Below, piece by piece: positions 11,761-21,176 of a stretch of DNA of 64,000 nt. The notes below the pieces were generated by a model. It ran no database searches. It was given only the letters and a program-made list of their open reading frames with translations, and was not told the DNA's origin. Position 1 is the stretch's first letter. Each line of letters opens with the position of its first letter. Source of the DNA: an uncultured Holophaga sp. (GTDB lineage: Bacteria > Acidobacteriota > Holophagae > Holophagales > Holophagaceae); contig OY761614.1 in the NCBI GenBank assembly GCA_963664825.1, positions 64,001 through 128,000 of the forward strand, written 5' to 3'. Both the position numbers and the translations under genes were made by a program.

Positions 11761-13050
11761 TCATCCCCTCTTCAGCGCCCGGTCCGCCCTATGGCCCAGC
11801 TCCCCGCCCCCCTGGCTATCGGCCAAGGCCTTGGCCAGGGCCTGGAGCATCGCGTCCCTGGCGGGCTCCGTGATCCGGGGCAGGAGTTCGGCAGCGGCGG
11901 CCAGGGCCAGGATCTGGTGACTGTGATCGAAGCCGGGATCATTGAGGGCGGCGGCCTCGGCCAGGACCCGCAGCACGCCCAGATCGCCCTTCAGGCACGG
12001 CACAAGGCCCATGGCCAGGGCGGGCTCCCCGTCGAGGATGGCATCCAGCAGCCCGGCGGCGGGGTCTGGCGTTTCGCGGCCTACCGTTTCGCAGCTTGGC
12101 ATCTGGGGTTCCAGACGTTCCTCGGCCTCCTCTGAAGGGAAGAAGTTCACCAGCGCCGCCCCCTGGCCCCAGGGCTCCGGGTCCTCCAACCAGGGGAGCA
12201 GGGCCAGATAGACGAAGGTCCAGGAAGTCTTGCCTTCCAGATCCCGGCGCGCATCCCATTGTTTCTCGGAAGCCGCCAGGATCAGGATCGTCAGCAGATC
12301 CCCCTGGTTCATGCCGCTCTTCATGCGGGTCGTGAAGGCGTCCAGCATGGCCACCAGGCCCATTTCGCAGATCTCCCGCGCCCCTGCCCGGTGTTCCTCC
12401 GGCCCAAGACGGGCCTCACCGGGGGCCACTCGAACATTGAACCCCTCCAGACGCCTGTGGACCCGGGCATTCCAGAAGCGATCCGAGGGCTCCGTGGCCG
12501 CCACCCAGGCCGCCAGGCCCACGAGAGGCCGAGGCTCGTCCAGCAGGCCGAAGAGATCCTGAAGCTGGTGCACCATCACGGCCTTGTGGCCCACGTTGGC
12601 CATGTCCCCGGCGACGAAGGGCAATATGCGGGCGAAGTCCCCGGAACCGGGGGCCTCCAAGCCCATCGCCTCCCCCCAGGCGATGGCGGGGTGATGATCC
12701 CGGAGGGCCATCTCCAGGTTGGGCCAATGGCCGGATCCCAAACCCAGGGCCTGCAACCCACGGGGGGCCCGAGGTTCCTGGGCCATGGCAAAGAGTTGCG
12801 TGGCCACGAGGCGCAGGAAGCGGGCCTCGGAGAGATGCTCCTTCAGCCTCAGGGCGGCCCGCAGACCCAACAGACCGTGGGGCATCTGGGGCAGATGGCC
12901 CTCCCAGTCCACCCGGGGCGTCAGGTGGATCACGGCCTCGCGCGCGGCGCCCCGCAGGCCCTCGGGCTCGCAGATGCGCCCGGCGAAGGCCCTGAAGAAA
13001 CCCTCGGTGGGATGCTCGAGTTCACGCAGCCATGCAGCGCGGGAGTCCAT
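11761..13050 (-). CDS. Hypothetical helical protein with recurring His-containing motifs
   Basis: 429-aa ORF with RBS-like ggaagg; no family recognised with confidence. Confidence 0.7.
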   Translation of the reverse strand: MDSRAAWLRELEHPTEGFFRAFAGRICEPEGLRGAAREAVIHLTPRVDWEGHLPQMPHGLLGLRAALRLKEHLSEARFLRLVATQLFAMAQEPRAPRGLQALGLGSGHWPNLEMALRDHHPAIAWGEAMGLEAPGSGDFARILPFVAGDMANVGHKAVMVHQLQDLFGLLDEPRPLVGLAAWVAATEPSDRFWNARVHRRLEGFNVRVAPGEARLGPEEHRAGAREICEMGLVAMLDAFTTRMKSGMNQGDLLTILILAASEKQWDARRDLEGKTSWTFVYLALLPWLEDPEPWGQGAALVNFFPSEEAEERLEPQMPSCETVGRETPDPAAGLLDAILDGEPALAMGLVPCLKGDLGVLRVLAEAAALNDPGFDHSHQILALAAAAELLPRITEPARDAMLQALAKALADSQGGGELGHRADRALKRG

Positions 13051-13089
13051 GGAACCTTCCTTCCAAACCGGAATGTACGATCAGAAAAC

Positions 13090-13192
13090 AACCACAGATC
13101 CACAGAGGTCGCAGAGGAAACGCAGAGAAAGGAAACTGATTTGTTTTTCTTTTCTCTGTGTCCTCATTCTCTGCTCTGTGCCCTCTGCGGTT
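13090..13192. repeat. Palindromic intergenic repeat, family 1, diverged copy b
   Basis: cacagag/cgcagag sub-repeats mirrored by ctctgtg/ctctgcg sub-repeats. Confidence 0.7.
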
Positions 13193-13223
13193 CCGTTTTT
13201 TTGGGCTCATAGTGAACCTGATT

Positions 13224-13838
13224 TCACGCCGGAATCCCCCAGGCCTCGCCGACCAGGCGGCCCCAGTGGTGCTCCCAGGCGCGCCTCCAGACGAGCGTCC
13301 CCTCCTGGATGCCGGATTCCAGCAGGCGCGAGGTCAGTTCCCGCTGCATGCCCTGGGCCTTGGGACCCAGAGCGGCCTCGGCCAGGACCAGCAGGGCACG
13401 GTGGCCCTGGCGTTCCGCATCGAAATGTTCCAGGTACCCGGGACTTTCAGGGGAAGGGGCCGAGGCCCGCAAGCGCTGCCAGACATCAAAAGCGAGGCGG
13501 GCCTTGGGGTCGGAGCGAAGGGGCTCCTTCACCTTGTCCCACCCGGCCACGGGGAGGGCCTCGGGTTCGGCGCGGCGCAGGGCTTCATGCAGCTTCACGG
13601 CCTTGAGCACATCGCGTTCCAGGTGCGAGAGGGCCACGAAGCCCCGAGCCGAGGCTCGCTTGGCCCGCCGGGCGAAATAGGCCTCCATGGCGCCGATGAC
13701 GGCCTCCGCCGGGACGCCCTCCGAGCCCCAGGCCTGGAGCTGGGCGAAATCCTCCCGGCTCAGGAAGGCGCTGCGGCCATGGAGATGGAAGGCCCACTCG
13801 GCCTCGACCCAATCGAGTTCCTCTCGGGTGTAGGCCAT
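13224..13838 (-). CDS. Hypothetical protein, possible DnaD/DnaB_2-like N-terminal domain
   Basis: LSREDFAQLQAWGSEGVPAEAVIGAMEAYF resembles the DnaD-like helix pattern; start overlaps upstream stop (TGATG). Confidence 0.65.
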   Translation of the reverse strand: MAYTREELDWVEAEWAFHLHGRSAFLSREDFAQLQAWGSEGVPAEAVIGAMEAYFARRAKRASARGFVALSHLERDVLKAVKLHEALRRAEPEALPVAGWDKVKEPLRSDPKARLAFDVWQRLRASAPSPESPGYLEHFDAERQGHRALLVLAEAALGPKAQGMQRELTSRLLESGIQEGTLVWRRAWEHHWGRLVGEAWGIPA

Positions 13839-14152
13839 CAGCGCCGGGGAATCAGGAGCGTGCCGTCACTGAGATGCAGGGCCTCGCCATCGAAGCTCAG
13901 CACCTCCTTGGGCACGACCTGGGCCCGGGCCATGCCCCGCAAGACGTACGAGCCTTCGCGCCTCAGGGCCCCGTCGCGGCCGTAGATCTTCACGTGCCAG
14001 CCCATGCCCTCCGGAACGCCGATCACCACAAAGACGCCGTCCTTCCGCTTGCCCACGAAGAAGGATTCCGCCGGCACATTCGCAGGCCGGGGCGGTACGC
14101 GGCTGCAGCCGCCCATCAGAAGAGCCACCATCATCACAACACCGAGCCTCAT
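13838..14152 (-). CDS. Small putative lipoprotein
   Basis: MRLGVVMMVALLMGGC signal/lipobox-like N-terminus; GGAGG RBS and TAGAAT -10 upstream. Confidence 0.7.
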   Translation of the reverse strand: MRLGVVMMVALLMGGCSRVPPRPANVPAESFFVGKRKDGVFVVIGVPEGMGWHVKIYGRDGALRREGSYVLRGMARAQVVPKEVLSFDGEALHLSDGTLLIPRR

Positions 14153-14203
14153 TCCATCCTCCAGTCTTCGCATTCTAGCGCGAGGCGTTATCCTGGACGG
14201 ATC

Positions 14204-15001
14204 ATGGGACCCTTCCGAGAGCAAATCCGATACAAGAGCCGCCGAGAGATCGACAAACTTCGCGAGGCGGGCCGACTCACCGCCAATGCCCTGCGGGTGG
14301 CGGCCCGCGCCGCCAAACCCGGCGTCACCCTGCTGGAGATCGATAAACTGGCGGAAACCTATATCCGCAAGAACGGCGGCACGCCGAACTTCAAGGGCTA
14401 TCACGGATTTCCGGCCACCCTCTGCACCTCGGTGAACGACCGGGTGGTGCATGGCATCCCCAATCACTACGCCCTGCAGGAGGGCGATATCATCGCCATC
14501 GATTGCGGCGCCAAGCTCGACGGCTTCCACGGGGATACCTGCCTGACGGTGGGCGTGGGCCACCTCAGCCAGGAGACGCGGATCCTGCTCCAGACCTGCC
14601 AGATGGCCATGTTCCTGGGCATCGAATACTGCCGCACGGGCTACCGCCTGGGCGACATGGCCACGGCCGTGCAGAAGTTCTCCGAGGAGCGCGGCTACTC
14701 CATCGTGCGCGAGTACATCGGCCATGGCCTGGGCCGGGAGCTCCACGAGGATCCCCAGGTGGTCTACGCCGATCAGCGCCCCGGCACGGGCTTCCGCATG
14801 GAGCCCGGCATGGTCATCACCATCGAACCCATCCTGAACCTGGGCACCCATCGCTGCCTGGTGGAGCCCGACGGCTGGACCGTGCGCACCGCCGACGGCA
14901 AGTGGAGCGCCCAGTACGAGCACACCGTGGCCATCACCAAGGACGGCCCGGAGATTCTCAGTTATCCGGATCCCGAGTTCGAACTGGAGGACGGGCTGTA
15001 A
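14204..15001 (+). CDS. map: Methionine aminopeptidase type I
   Basis: CTSVNDRVVHGIP, GFHGDT, GHGLG, HEDP, TIEP and SAQYEHTV motifs. Confidence 0.96.
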   Translation: MGPFREQIRYKSRREIDKLREAGRLTANALRVAARAAKPGVTLLEIDKLAETYIRKNGGTPNFKGYHGFPATLCTSVNDRVVHGIPNHYALQEGDIIAIDCGAKLDGFHGDTCLTVGVGHLSQETRILLQTCQMAMFLGIEYCRTGYRLGDMATAVQKFSEERGYSIVREYIGHGLGRELHEDPQVVYADQRPGTGFRMEPGMVITIEPILNLGTHRCLVEPDGWTVRTADGKWSAQYEHTVAITKDGPEILSYPDPEFELEDGL

Positions 15002-15017
15002 ATTCAAAAAAACAGAT

Positions 15018-15118
15018 TCAACACGGAGGCACGGAGGACACAGAGGAATTCACGGGGAAGCACCAGGCCGTTTCCCCCTCCGTATTCATCGTTCCGTGTT
15101 CTCTGTGTCTCCATAGTT
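15018..15118. repeat. Palindromic intergenic repeat, family 1, copy c
   Basis: Left arm 27/28 identical to 597-624; right arm ...ttccgtgttctctgtgtctcc. Confidence 0.85.
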
Positions 15119-15141
15119 TTGCGCCTCCTGGGAAAACCCTC

Positions 15142-15972
15142 ATGCGTATCCTCGCCCCCGCCAAGCTCAACCGCTTCCTCGCCGTGCTGGGATCAAGGCC
15201 CGATGGGTTCCATGAACTGGAGCTCGTCACCACGGTGCTTTCGGGTATCGAAGGACTGACGGATGTCTTGGAAGGCGAAGCCGCCGGAGCTCTCTCCCTG
15301 GAGCTGAGCGGCCCCATGTCCGAGGGCCTGGCCGTGGACGAATCCAACCTGGTGTTGCGGGCCTGGCGCTTGCTGGAGCGCGAAGTGGGCCGGGAGCTGC
15401 CTGTGCGATTGAAGCTCGAGAAGCGCATCCCCCATGGCGCGGGCCTGGGGGGCGGCAGCAGCGACGGGGCCGCAGCCTTGAGGCTTGGCAACGAGCTCTT
15501 GGGCCTCGGCCTCACCCAATCCACCCTGCTAGGCCTGGCCTCGGCCCTCGGCAGCGATGTGCCCCTCTTCCTCCTGGGAGGCACGGTGCTCGGCCTGGGG
15601 CGCGGCGAGCGGGTGCTTCCCTTGCGGCCCGTGGCCCTTGAACCCATCCTCCTAGTGCATCCAGGCCTCCATGTGGCCACCCCAAGCGTCTACCGGGCCC
15701 TTTCCAGCTCGGGATACCCCACGCCCCGGCCCTGCCCCAGCCTGCCCGATGGCCAAGCGCCCCCCTGGCGAAACGATCTCACGGGAGCGGCCCTCTGGGT
15801 CTGCCCACCCCTGGCCGATGTGTGCGACGCGCTGGCACAGAGCGGCGGCGAACCCCTGCTCTGCGGTTCCGGCTCCTGTTGGGCCGCCCGCTATCCGTCC
15901 ATCCGCGAGCGGGACGAGGGCGCTTCCAGGATTCGGCAGGCTCATCCCGAATGGAGCATCTGGGAGGTCTGA
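15142..15972 (+). CDS. ispE: 4-diphosphocytidyl-2-C-methyl-D-erythritol kinase
   Basis: APAKLN, GFHEL, KRIPHGAGLGGGSSD and LGSDVP motifs. Confidence 0.95.
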   Translation: MRILAPAKLNRFLAVLGSRPDGFHELELVTTVLSGIEGLTDVLEGEAAGALSLELSGPMSEGLAVDESNLVLRAWRLLEREVGRELPVRLKLEKRIPHGAGLGGGSSDGAAALRLGNELLGLGLTQSTLLGLASALGSDVPLFLLGGTVLGLGRGERVLPLRPVALEPILLVHPGLHVATPSVYRALSSSGYPTPRPCPSLPDGQAPPWRNDLTGAALWVCPPLADVCDALAQSGGEPLLCGSGSCWAARYPSIRERDEGASRIRQAHPEWSIWEV

Positions 15973-16045
15973 TCCCAAAGGAGACCATGGAGAGCAGGCC
16001 AGGACCGCCTCCGGGGCCACTGCGTGGCGTCCCCCCGAATCGGCG

Positions 16046-16087
16046 TCAAAGCAGAAGGCCCCGGAATCCCGGGGCCTTCTGCTTTGA
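16046..16087. terminator. Bidirectional intrinsic terminator-like hairpin
   Basis: Perfect 19-bp stem tcaaagcagaaggccccgg / ccggggccttctgctttga between convergent genes. Confidence 0.8.
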
Positions 16088-16098
16088 TGAGCTTTCGT

Positions 16099-16680
16099 CT
16101 ACTGCGCGGTCAACGTGCCCTTGGTGATCGTGAGGGGATCGGTGGCGCCGCTGGCCATCAGGATCTGCGCCCTGCCCGACACCACGTCCAGGGTCACGGC
16201 TCCCGCGGTGGCACCACTCTTCAGGCTCAGGGCCACGGTGGCGAGCGTGCCATTCAGAGTCTGACTGCCTGCCAAGCCCTTCTGGGACACCACCACCTGA
16301 AGGATATTGCCCGAGACCTTCCCCTTGAGGGCCTGTGGGACAGAGCCCAGATCAGCGAACACCGTGCCATTGCGCACGTACTCGGTATCCGCATCCTGGA
16401 CCTTGGCCCAGCTCACTTTGCTGGTATCGGCCGTCAAATGAAAGGCCGTGCCCGCACCGCTCCCGGCATTCACGGCCACCAGATCCAGCACCAGCTTGGT
16501 GGAGCTGCTAAAGGCCGCATTCTTCTTCAATTGGAAGGTCCCGGACGTGGGGTCCGTGTAGGTCAGGCCGGTGGCGGCGGCGGGTCCCTGGGAGCCCCCG
16601 CCCCCGCCTCCCCCGCAGGCAAGCAGGAGCATCAGGGCCGAGGCGCCGAAGAGGGAGGAAATTGTCTGTGGCTTAGTCAT
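16099..16680 (-). CDS. Lipoprotein with putative cohesin-like beta-sandwich domain
   Basis: Lipobox LLAC followed by a Gly linker; beta-strand pattern resembling cohesins; directly downstream of a dockerin-bearing protease (alternative GTG start 16698 overlaps its stop). Confidence 0.7.
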   Translation of the reverse strand: MTKPQTISSLFGASALMLLLACGGGGGGGSQGPAAATGLTYTDPTSGTFQLKKNAAFSSSTKLVLDLVAVNAGSGAGTAFHLTADTSKVSWAKVQDADTEYVRNGTVFADLGSVPQALKGKVSGNILQVVVSQKGLAGSQTLNGTLATVALSLKSGATAGAVTLDVVSGRAQILMASGATDPLTITKGTLTAQ

Positions 16681-16694
16681 GGATTCAGCTCCGT

Positions 16695-19310
16695 TCACAG
16701 GGCGTTCAGCATCAGCGTCAGGTCATCATTATCGATCTTCCCATCCCCGTTCAGATCGGCCTTGGCCAGATCCGCGGCATCGGTGCTGCCCCAGCGCTTG
16801 GTGATCTGAAGCACGTCCAGCGTATCGACCGCCGAATCACCGTTCAGATCCAGCGTCTTGACAGACACAGCAGCCGTGCCTGTAGGCCCCCAGCTGGAAG
16901 TGGCCGTCACTGTGTAGGTTCCAGCAGTCGCGGGCGCCTGGTAGACCCCCGCCGCACTGATCGTGCCGCCGGTGGCCGTCCAGGTGAAGGTTCCGGCACT
17001 GGGGGCCGCCGTCGCGGCGGCCGTGAAGGTGAAGGACGCACCGGTCAGCAGGGTCTTGGTGCTTGGCGTGACTGCCACAGAAACGGCGGCGGGATTATAG
17101 ACGTTCACCGTCGTGACCGCGGTCTTGGTGGGATCTTCGGCGCTGGTGGCCGTCACGGTGTACGTTCCGAGGGTGGCGGGGGCGGTATAGGTGGTCTCAG
17201 CCACGCCGTCCCCGGCAGTCGAAGTCGGAGCAATGGAACCACCGCCCGCACTCACCGTCCAGTTCACGCTGTTGCTGGTGGCATTGGCCACCGTGGCCTT
17301 GAAATTCACCGTGGCGCTGGGATTCACTTGCAGGGGCCCCCCGGGGGCCACAGACACCGAAACGGGCACCGACACGCCATTGGCGAGGTTCATGACACCC
17401 CAACCCCAGGATTTGTCCCAGGTCCCCTGGGTGGTATGCAGGGCCGTGCCCTGGGAGTTCGCCTTGAAGTAAGCGATCACGTCGGCATAGGTCCAGGAGG
17501 GGTGGCCTTCCTTCAGGAGGGCCACGGCGCCCACCACGGTGGGTGAGGCCATGCTGGTGCCCTGCATGTAGCGGTAGTACTGGGTGCCTGAGGCGGGAAG
17601 CAGGTTTGCTGCGGGGGCCGCCGCGTCCGAAGAGCGGGTGGAGAGCACATTGCTGCCACCCCCGGTGATATCGGGCTTCTGGCGTCCGTCCCGGGTGGGC
17701 CCAATGGAACTGAAGGTGCCAATCTGGTCCTGGGTCTGGCTGGTGTAGTGGTATGTCTTGCCGTCGGATGCGGCCCATTCATAGCGGGACACATAGGCCG
17801 CCACGGCGATGACGTTATTCCCGCAGGCATCGTTGCCCAGAGTCATATCGGAATCGGGATTCGTGAAGGTGGCGTCGATTTCCCCATCGCCCGCGTCATA
17901 GAGCCATCCGTCGAGGCGCGTGGAACCTGAATCCGCCTTGAACTGGAGTTCCCAGGAGCCCGGCCGCACATATTTGCCGTCAGTTTCACTGTCCAATTCG
18001 CCCACCAGCACGAAGATGCGTTTGAGGTTGGCGTTGTAGGACTCGGCCGCGTTTCCCACCTGGAGGTAGTACCCGCTCCCGTCCCCCATCGTGCCCTCGT
18101 AGGTGGTGGCCGAAGGGGCCATCCAGGCGCTCACGTTGCCCGCCGGGTCCTTGAGACGCACGCTAACGGCCGAGGTGGCGTCGTAGTAGAAATTGAACCG
18201 CAGGCGATCGTAGCGGGAGGCACCCTGGGTGTAGGTCGCCACGGTCACGGGCAGCGCCGAGACATCGGTGCCCACCGTGGCGCTGCCATGAATGGCATCG
18301 GCGGCGTAGTTGCCCCCGGAACGAACCACGATGAGCTTCCCTGCGGAAGCCGCCACCAGGTCATCGACGGCCTTCGTATCCAGGTCCGTTCCATCGTGAG
18401 GACCATAGCTGGAACCTAGGCTGAGATTGATCACCACCGGTTGGTTCAGTTCCTTGGCCTGCTCGGCCATCCACTTGATGCCATTCAGGATGTCCGTAGA
18501 ATCCATGGTGGTCTTCACGAACAGGATATTGGCCTTCTTCGCAGACCCATGGAGGGTCGGGAAGGCGGCATCGTAGCCGGCTGCCGAACCCGATACATGG
18601 GTGCCGTGACCATCCGTATCCGTCTCGGTACAGGTCCCGGCCGAGATCTCTGAATTCACCCAGAGGCGTCCGATATCGGAGGTGAAGGTGCCCACCGTGA
18701 AGGGGACGGCGGTCACCGTCTGGTCCCAGAGGTATTTCACGCGGCTGGCGCCACTGGCCACACCGTCCACACGGAAGGCCGGGTGCTTGGTATCGATGCC
18801 TGTATCGATGATGCCCACCAGCACACCCGCCCCGGTGTAACCGGCGGTGTAGGGGACATTGACATTCATCTTCGCCGTATTGATATCGTTATGCAGTTTC
18901 AGCTTGTGGGCCATGGCCACATGCTGGATGGAGGAGGCCGCCTCCAGGGATTCCAGGCTGGAAAGGGGCACCTTGGCGGTCATGATCGTCGGCGTGATGC
19001 GCGTGTAGGCAATGCCGAGGCGATCCAGGGCCTCGGTGGAAGTCAGCGAGAGCGTGACCGGAACCAGCACCTCCTGTCCATTCTCCGAGAGCCGGGCGGT
19101 CTTGGGCAGCATCGATGCCCCGGCCACCAAGCGGGACATGACCTCGGTGCGGTTTTTCAGCCACTGCTGCTTGGCCATCTTGAGATGGGGATCCAGATCC
19201 CCCGCCGAAAGCCCCACCAGGGGCAGCAGCGCCGTGACCAGCCCCACCTTGAATGAATAAATGACCCGTGGGGCAAGGGCCCCGGCGTGACACTCGAGGG
19301 AATGCGTCAT
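16695..19310 (-). CDS. Secreted S8 subtilase with Ig-like repeats and C-terminal dockerin-like domain
   Basis: Catalytic triad IIDTGID / HGTHVSG / GTSMASP; terminal duplicated DLNGD motifs; GGAGG RBS. Confidence 0.9.
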   Translation of the reverse strand: MTHSLECHAGALAPRVIYSFKVGLVTALLPLVGLSAGDLDPHLKMAKQQWLKNRTEVMSRLVAGASMLPKTARLSENGQEVLVPVTLSLTSTEALDRLGIAYTRITPTIMTAKVPLSSLESLEAASSIQHVAMAHKLKLHNDINTAKMNVNVPYTAGYTGAGVLVGIIDTGIDTKHPAFRVDGVASGASRVKYLWDQTVTAVPFTVGTFTSDIGRLWVNSEISAGTCTETDTDGHGTHVSGSAAGYDAAFPTLHGSAKKANILFVKTTMDSTDILNGIKWMAEQAKELNQPVVINLSLGSSYGPHDGTDLDTKAVDDLVAASAGKLIVVRSGGNYAADAIHGSATVGTDVSALPVTVATYTQGASRYDRLRFNFYYDATSAVSVRLKDPAGNVSAWMAPSATTYEGTMGDGSGYYLQVGNAAESYNANLKRIFVLVGELDSETDGKYVRPGSWELQFKADSGSTRLDGWLYDAGDGEIDATFTNPDSDMTLGNDACGNNVIAVAAYVSRYEWAASDGKTYHYTSQTQDQIGTFSSIGPTRDGRQKPDITGGGSNVLSTRSSDAAAPAANLLPASGTQYYRYMQGTSMASPTVVGAVALLKEGHPSWTYADVIAYFKANSQGTALHTTQGTWDKSWGWGVMNLANGVSVPVSVSVAPGGPLQVNPSATVNFKATVANATSNSVNWTVSAGGGSIAPTSTAGDGVAETTYTAPATLGTYTVTATSAEDPTKTAVTTVNVYNPAAVSVAVTPSTKTLLTGASFTFTAAATAAPSAGTFTWTATGGTISAAGVYQAPATAGTYTVTATSSWGPTGTAAVSVKTLDLNGDSAVDTLDVLQITKRWGSTDAADLAKADLNGDGKIDNDDLTLMLNAL

Positions 19311-19468
19311 GATTCCTCCATAGTAAAAGGATCTATTCGACTCTAAAAAAACAAAGAGCCACGGGGCTCTCGGGAGAAGCTGGACCAGTTTAATGGATTT
19401 CTAATGCCACCACAACACAGAAGCGTCCATGACAAATGGCCTGATTTTCTAGAGGGAGCTGGGGCCCC

Positions 19469-21118
19469 TCATTCGGCTCGCCGTACTTCGATCACTTCGC
19501 CCTGGGTCTCCAGCAGAAGCCGCTGGAAGATTGCATCCTCCCGCAGGATCTCCTCGGGCCGCTCGTGAAGGCCCTCATCGAAGGTGATGGCGATGCGGGC
19601 CAGCCCCGGCAGGATCCTGCGCAGGGTCTCCAGCAGGTGGGGGTTGGCCAGTTCCCGTTCGAAATCCTGGACGGTGTGGCGCACATTGGGCGGGAAGAAG
19701 AAGTGCAGGATATGGCCGTTGAAATCCAGGGAGCGGGCCATGTGGGGGAGACTGCCCAGGGTGCGTGGAAGGCCCCTCGGAACGGCCTTCAGGGCCTCGG
19801 TGACAGCCCGACGCAGCTCCTCGAGGTTGGCGGGATCGGCCACAGGCCGGAGCGAAGGCTCAGGCCGGGGCTCAGGCTGGGGCTCAGGCTGGGGCTCAGG
19901 CTGGGGCTCAGGCTGGGGCTGGGGCAGAGATTGGGCTGGGAGGGCCGGAGGCCTCGCGGAACCGGGCTGGTTGTTAGGGGGAGCCGCCGCCCGGGTCGCG
20001 GTCCCCACCTCAGGGCGGCTGGGCCTCGGCGGAGAGCCCCCGACGCGCAACAGGGCATCCAGGGGAGCCAGATGGGGCAGCTGGGCCGCCGTCACCAGGG
20101 CCAGTTCCACCACCACCTGGGGCAGGCTGGAATCCCGCAGATCCCGCTCCCGCTGGAGCAGCAAGTGGAGCATGCGAGCCAGGCGCAGGATCTCCTGGGG
20201 GCCGGGGCTGCGGCGCACCTCGATCTCCAGACGATCCCGGAAGGCCAGCATCAGCTCGCGCCAGAAGCTGGTCCAATCCGTGCCGAGGGAGGCCAGGGCC
20301 GCGCACTCATCCAGGACCGCGCCCAAATCCCCGTTGAGGATGGCATTGAGGGCATTCTGGACGCGCACGGCCGGCACGATGCCCAGCTGTTCCCGCACCA
20401 GTTCCTCGATCACCTGCCCGTCTCCGGCGGCGATGACGCGATCCAGGGTGGTGAGCGCATCGCGCATGGAGCCCGTGCCCGCTTCAGCCAGGAGCCGCAG
20501 GGAGCCTTCATCGAAGGTAACCCCCTCCTGCTCGCAGACGTATTTGAGGCGGGATTCGATGAGGCCTACGGGAATGAGCCGGAAGGGGTAGATCTGCACC
20601 CTGCTCTTGATGGTGTCAGGCACATCCTGCAATTCGGTGGTGGCCAGCACGAAGACCGCGTGGGCGGGGGGTTCCTCGAGGATCTTCAGCAGCGCGTCGA
20701 AGGCGCTGCGACTGAGCATGTGGACTTCGTCGATGATATAGACCCGGTAGCGGCAAAAGGCGGGCCGCGTCTGGACCTGCTCCCGCAGGGCCCGGGCATC
20801 CTCCACGCTGGCGCGGCTGGCGGCGTCGATCTCGATGACATCCAGGTTCCGGTCCGGCTGTTCCCCGGCCACACAGGCATCGCAGACGCCGCAGGGCTCG
20901 GGCGTCGGGCCCTGGAAGCAATTGAGGGCCCGAGCCAGGATGCGGGCCGTGCTGGTCTTCCCCGTGCCGCGCACACCCGCGAAGAGGAAGGCCTGGTGGT
21001 GGATATGGCCCGAGACCTGGGCCCGGCGCAGGGCATTACCCAGGGCGCGGACACTGGCTTCCTGGCCCACCAGATCGGAGAGCAGATTGGGACGGTATTT
21101 GAGGGCGAGAGTCGTCAT
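19469..21118 (-). CDS. dnaX: DNA polymerase III subunit gamma/tau
   Basis: LALKYRP, GVRGTGKTS, EIDAAS, IIDEVHML and LLKILEEPP motifs. Confidence 0.96.
   Translation of the reverse strand: MTTLALKYRPNLLSDLVGQEASVRALGNALRRAQVSGHIHHQAFLFAGVRGTGKTSTARILARALNCFQGPTPEPCGVCDACVAGEQPDRNLDVIEIDAASRASVEDARALREQVQTRPAFCRYRVYIIDEVHMLSRSAFDALLKILEEPPAHAVFVLATTELQDVPDTIKSRVQIYPFRLIPVGLIESRLKYVCEQEGVTFDEGSLRLLAEAGTGSMRDALTTLDRVIAAGDGQVIEELVREQLGIVPAVRVQNALNAILNGDLGAVLDECAALASLGTDWTSFWRELMLAFRDRLEIEVRRSPGPQEILRLARMLHLLLQRERDLRDSSLPQVVVELALVTAAQLPHLAPLDALLRVGGSPPRPSRPEVGTATRAAAPPNNQPGSARPPALPAQSLPQPQPEPQPEPQPEPQPEPRPEPSLRPVADPANLEELRRAVTEALKAVPRGLPRTLGSLPHMARSLDFNGHILHFFFPPNVRHTVQDFERELANPHLLETLRRILPGLARIAITFDEGLHERPEEILREDAIFQRLLLETQGEVIEVRRAE
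19857..19916. repeat. 12-bp tandem repeat x5 encoding a PQPE linker in DnaX
   Basis: ggctcaggctgg unit repeated five times, one copy variant. Confidence 0.9.
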
Positions 21119-21176
21119 GGAATCTGCATTGTCCCACGACTCCGGCCCCGGCATGGGGACCTCAGAGAATTTGGAT

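Noticed and set aside
15973..16045. tRNA-Gln often found after ispE
   Set aside because: No cloverleaf or TTCRA T-loop visible
19469..21118. E. coli-type -1 frameshift signal in dnaX
   Set aside because: No A AAA AAG heptamer noticed on the coding strand
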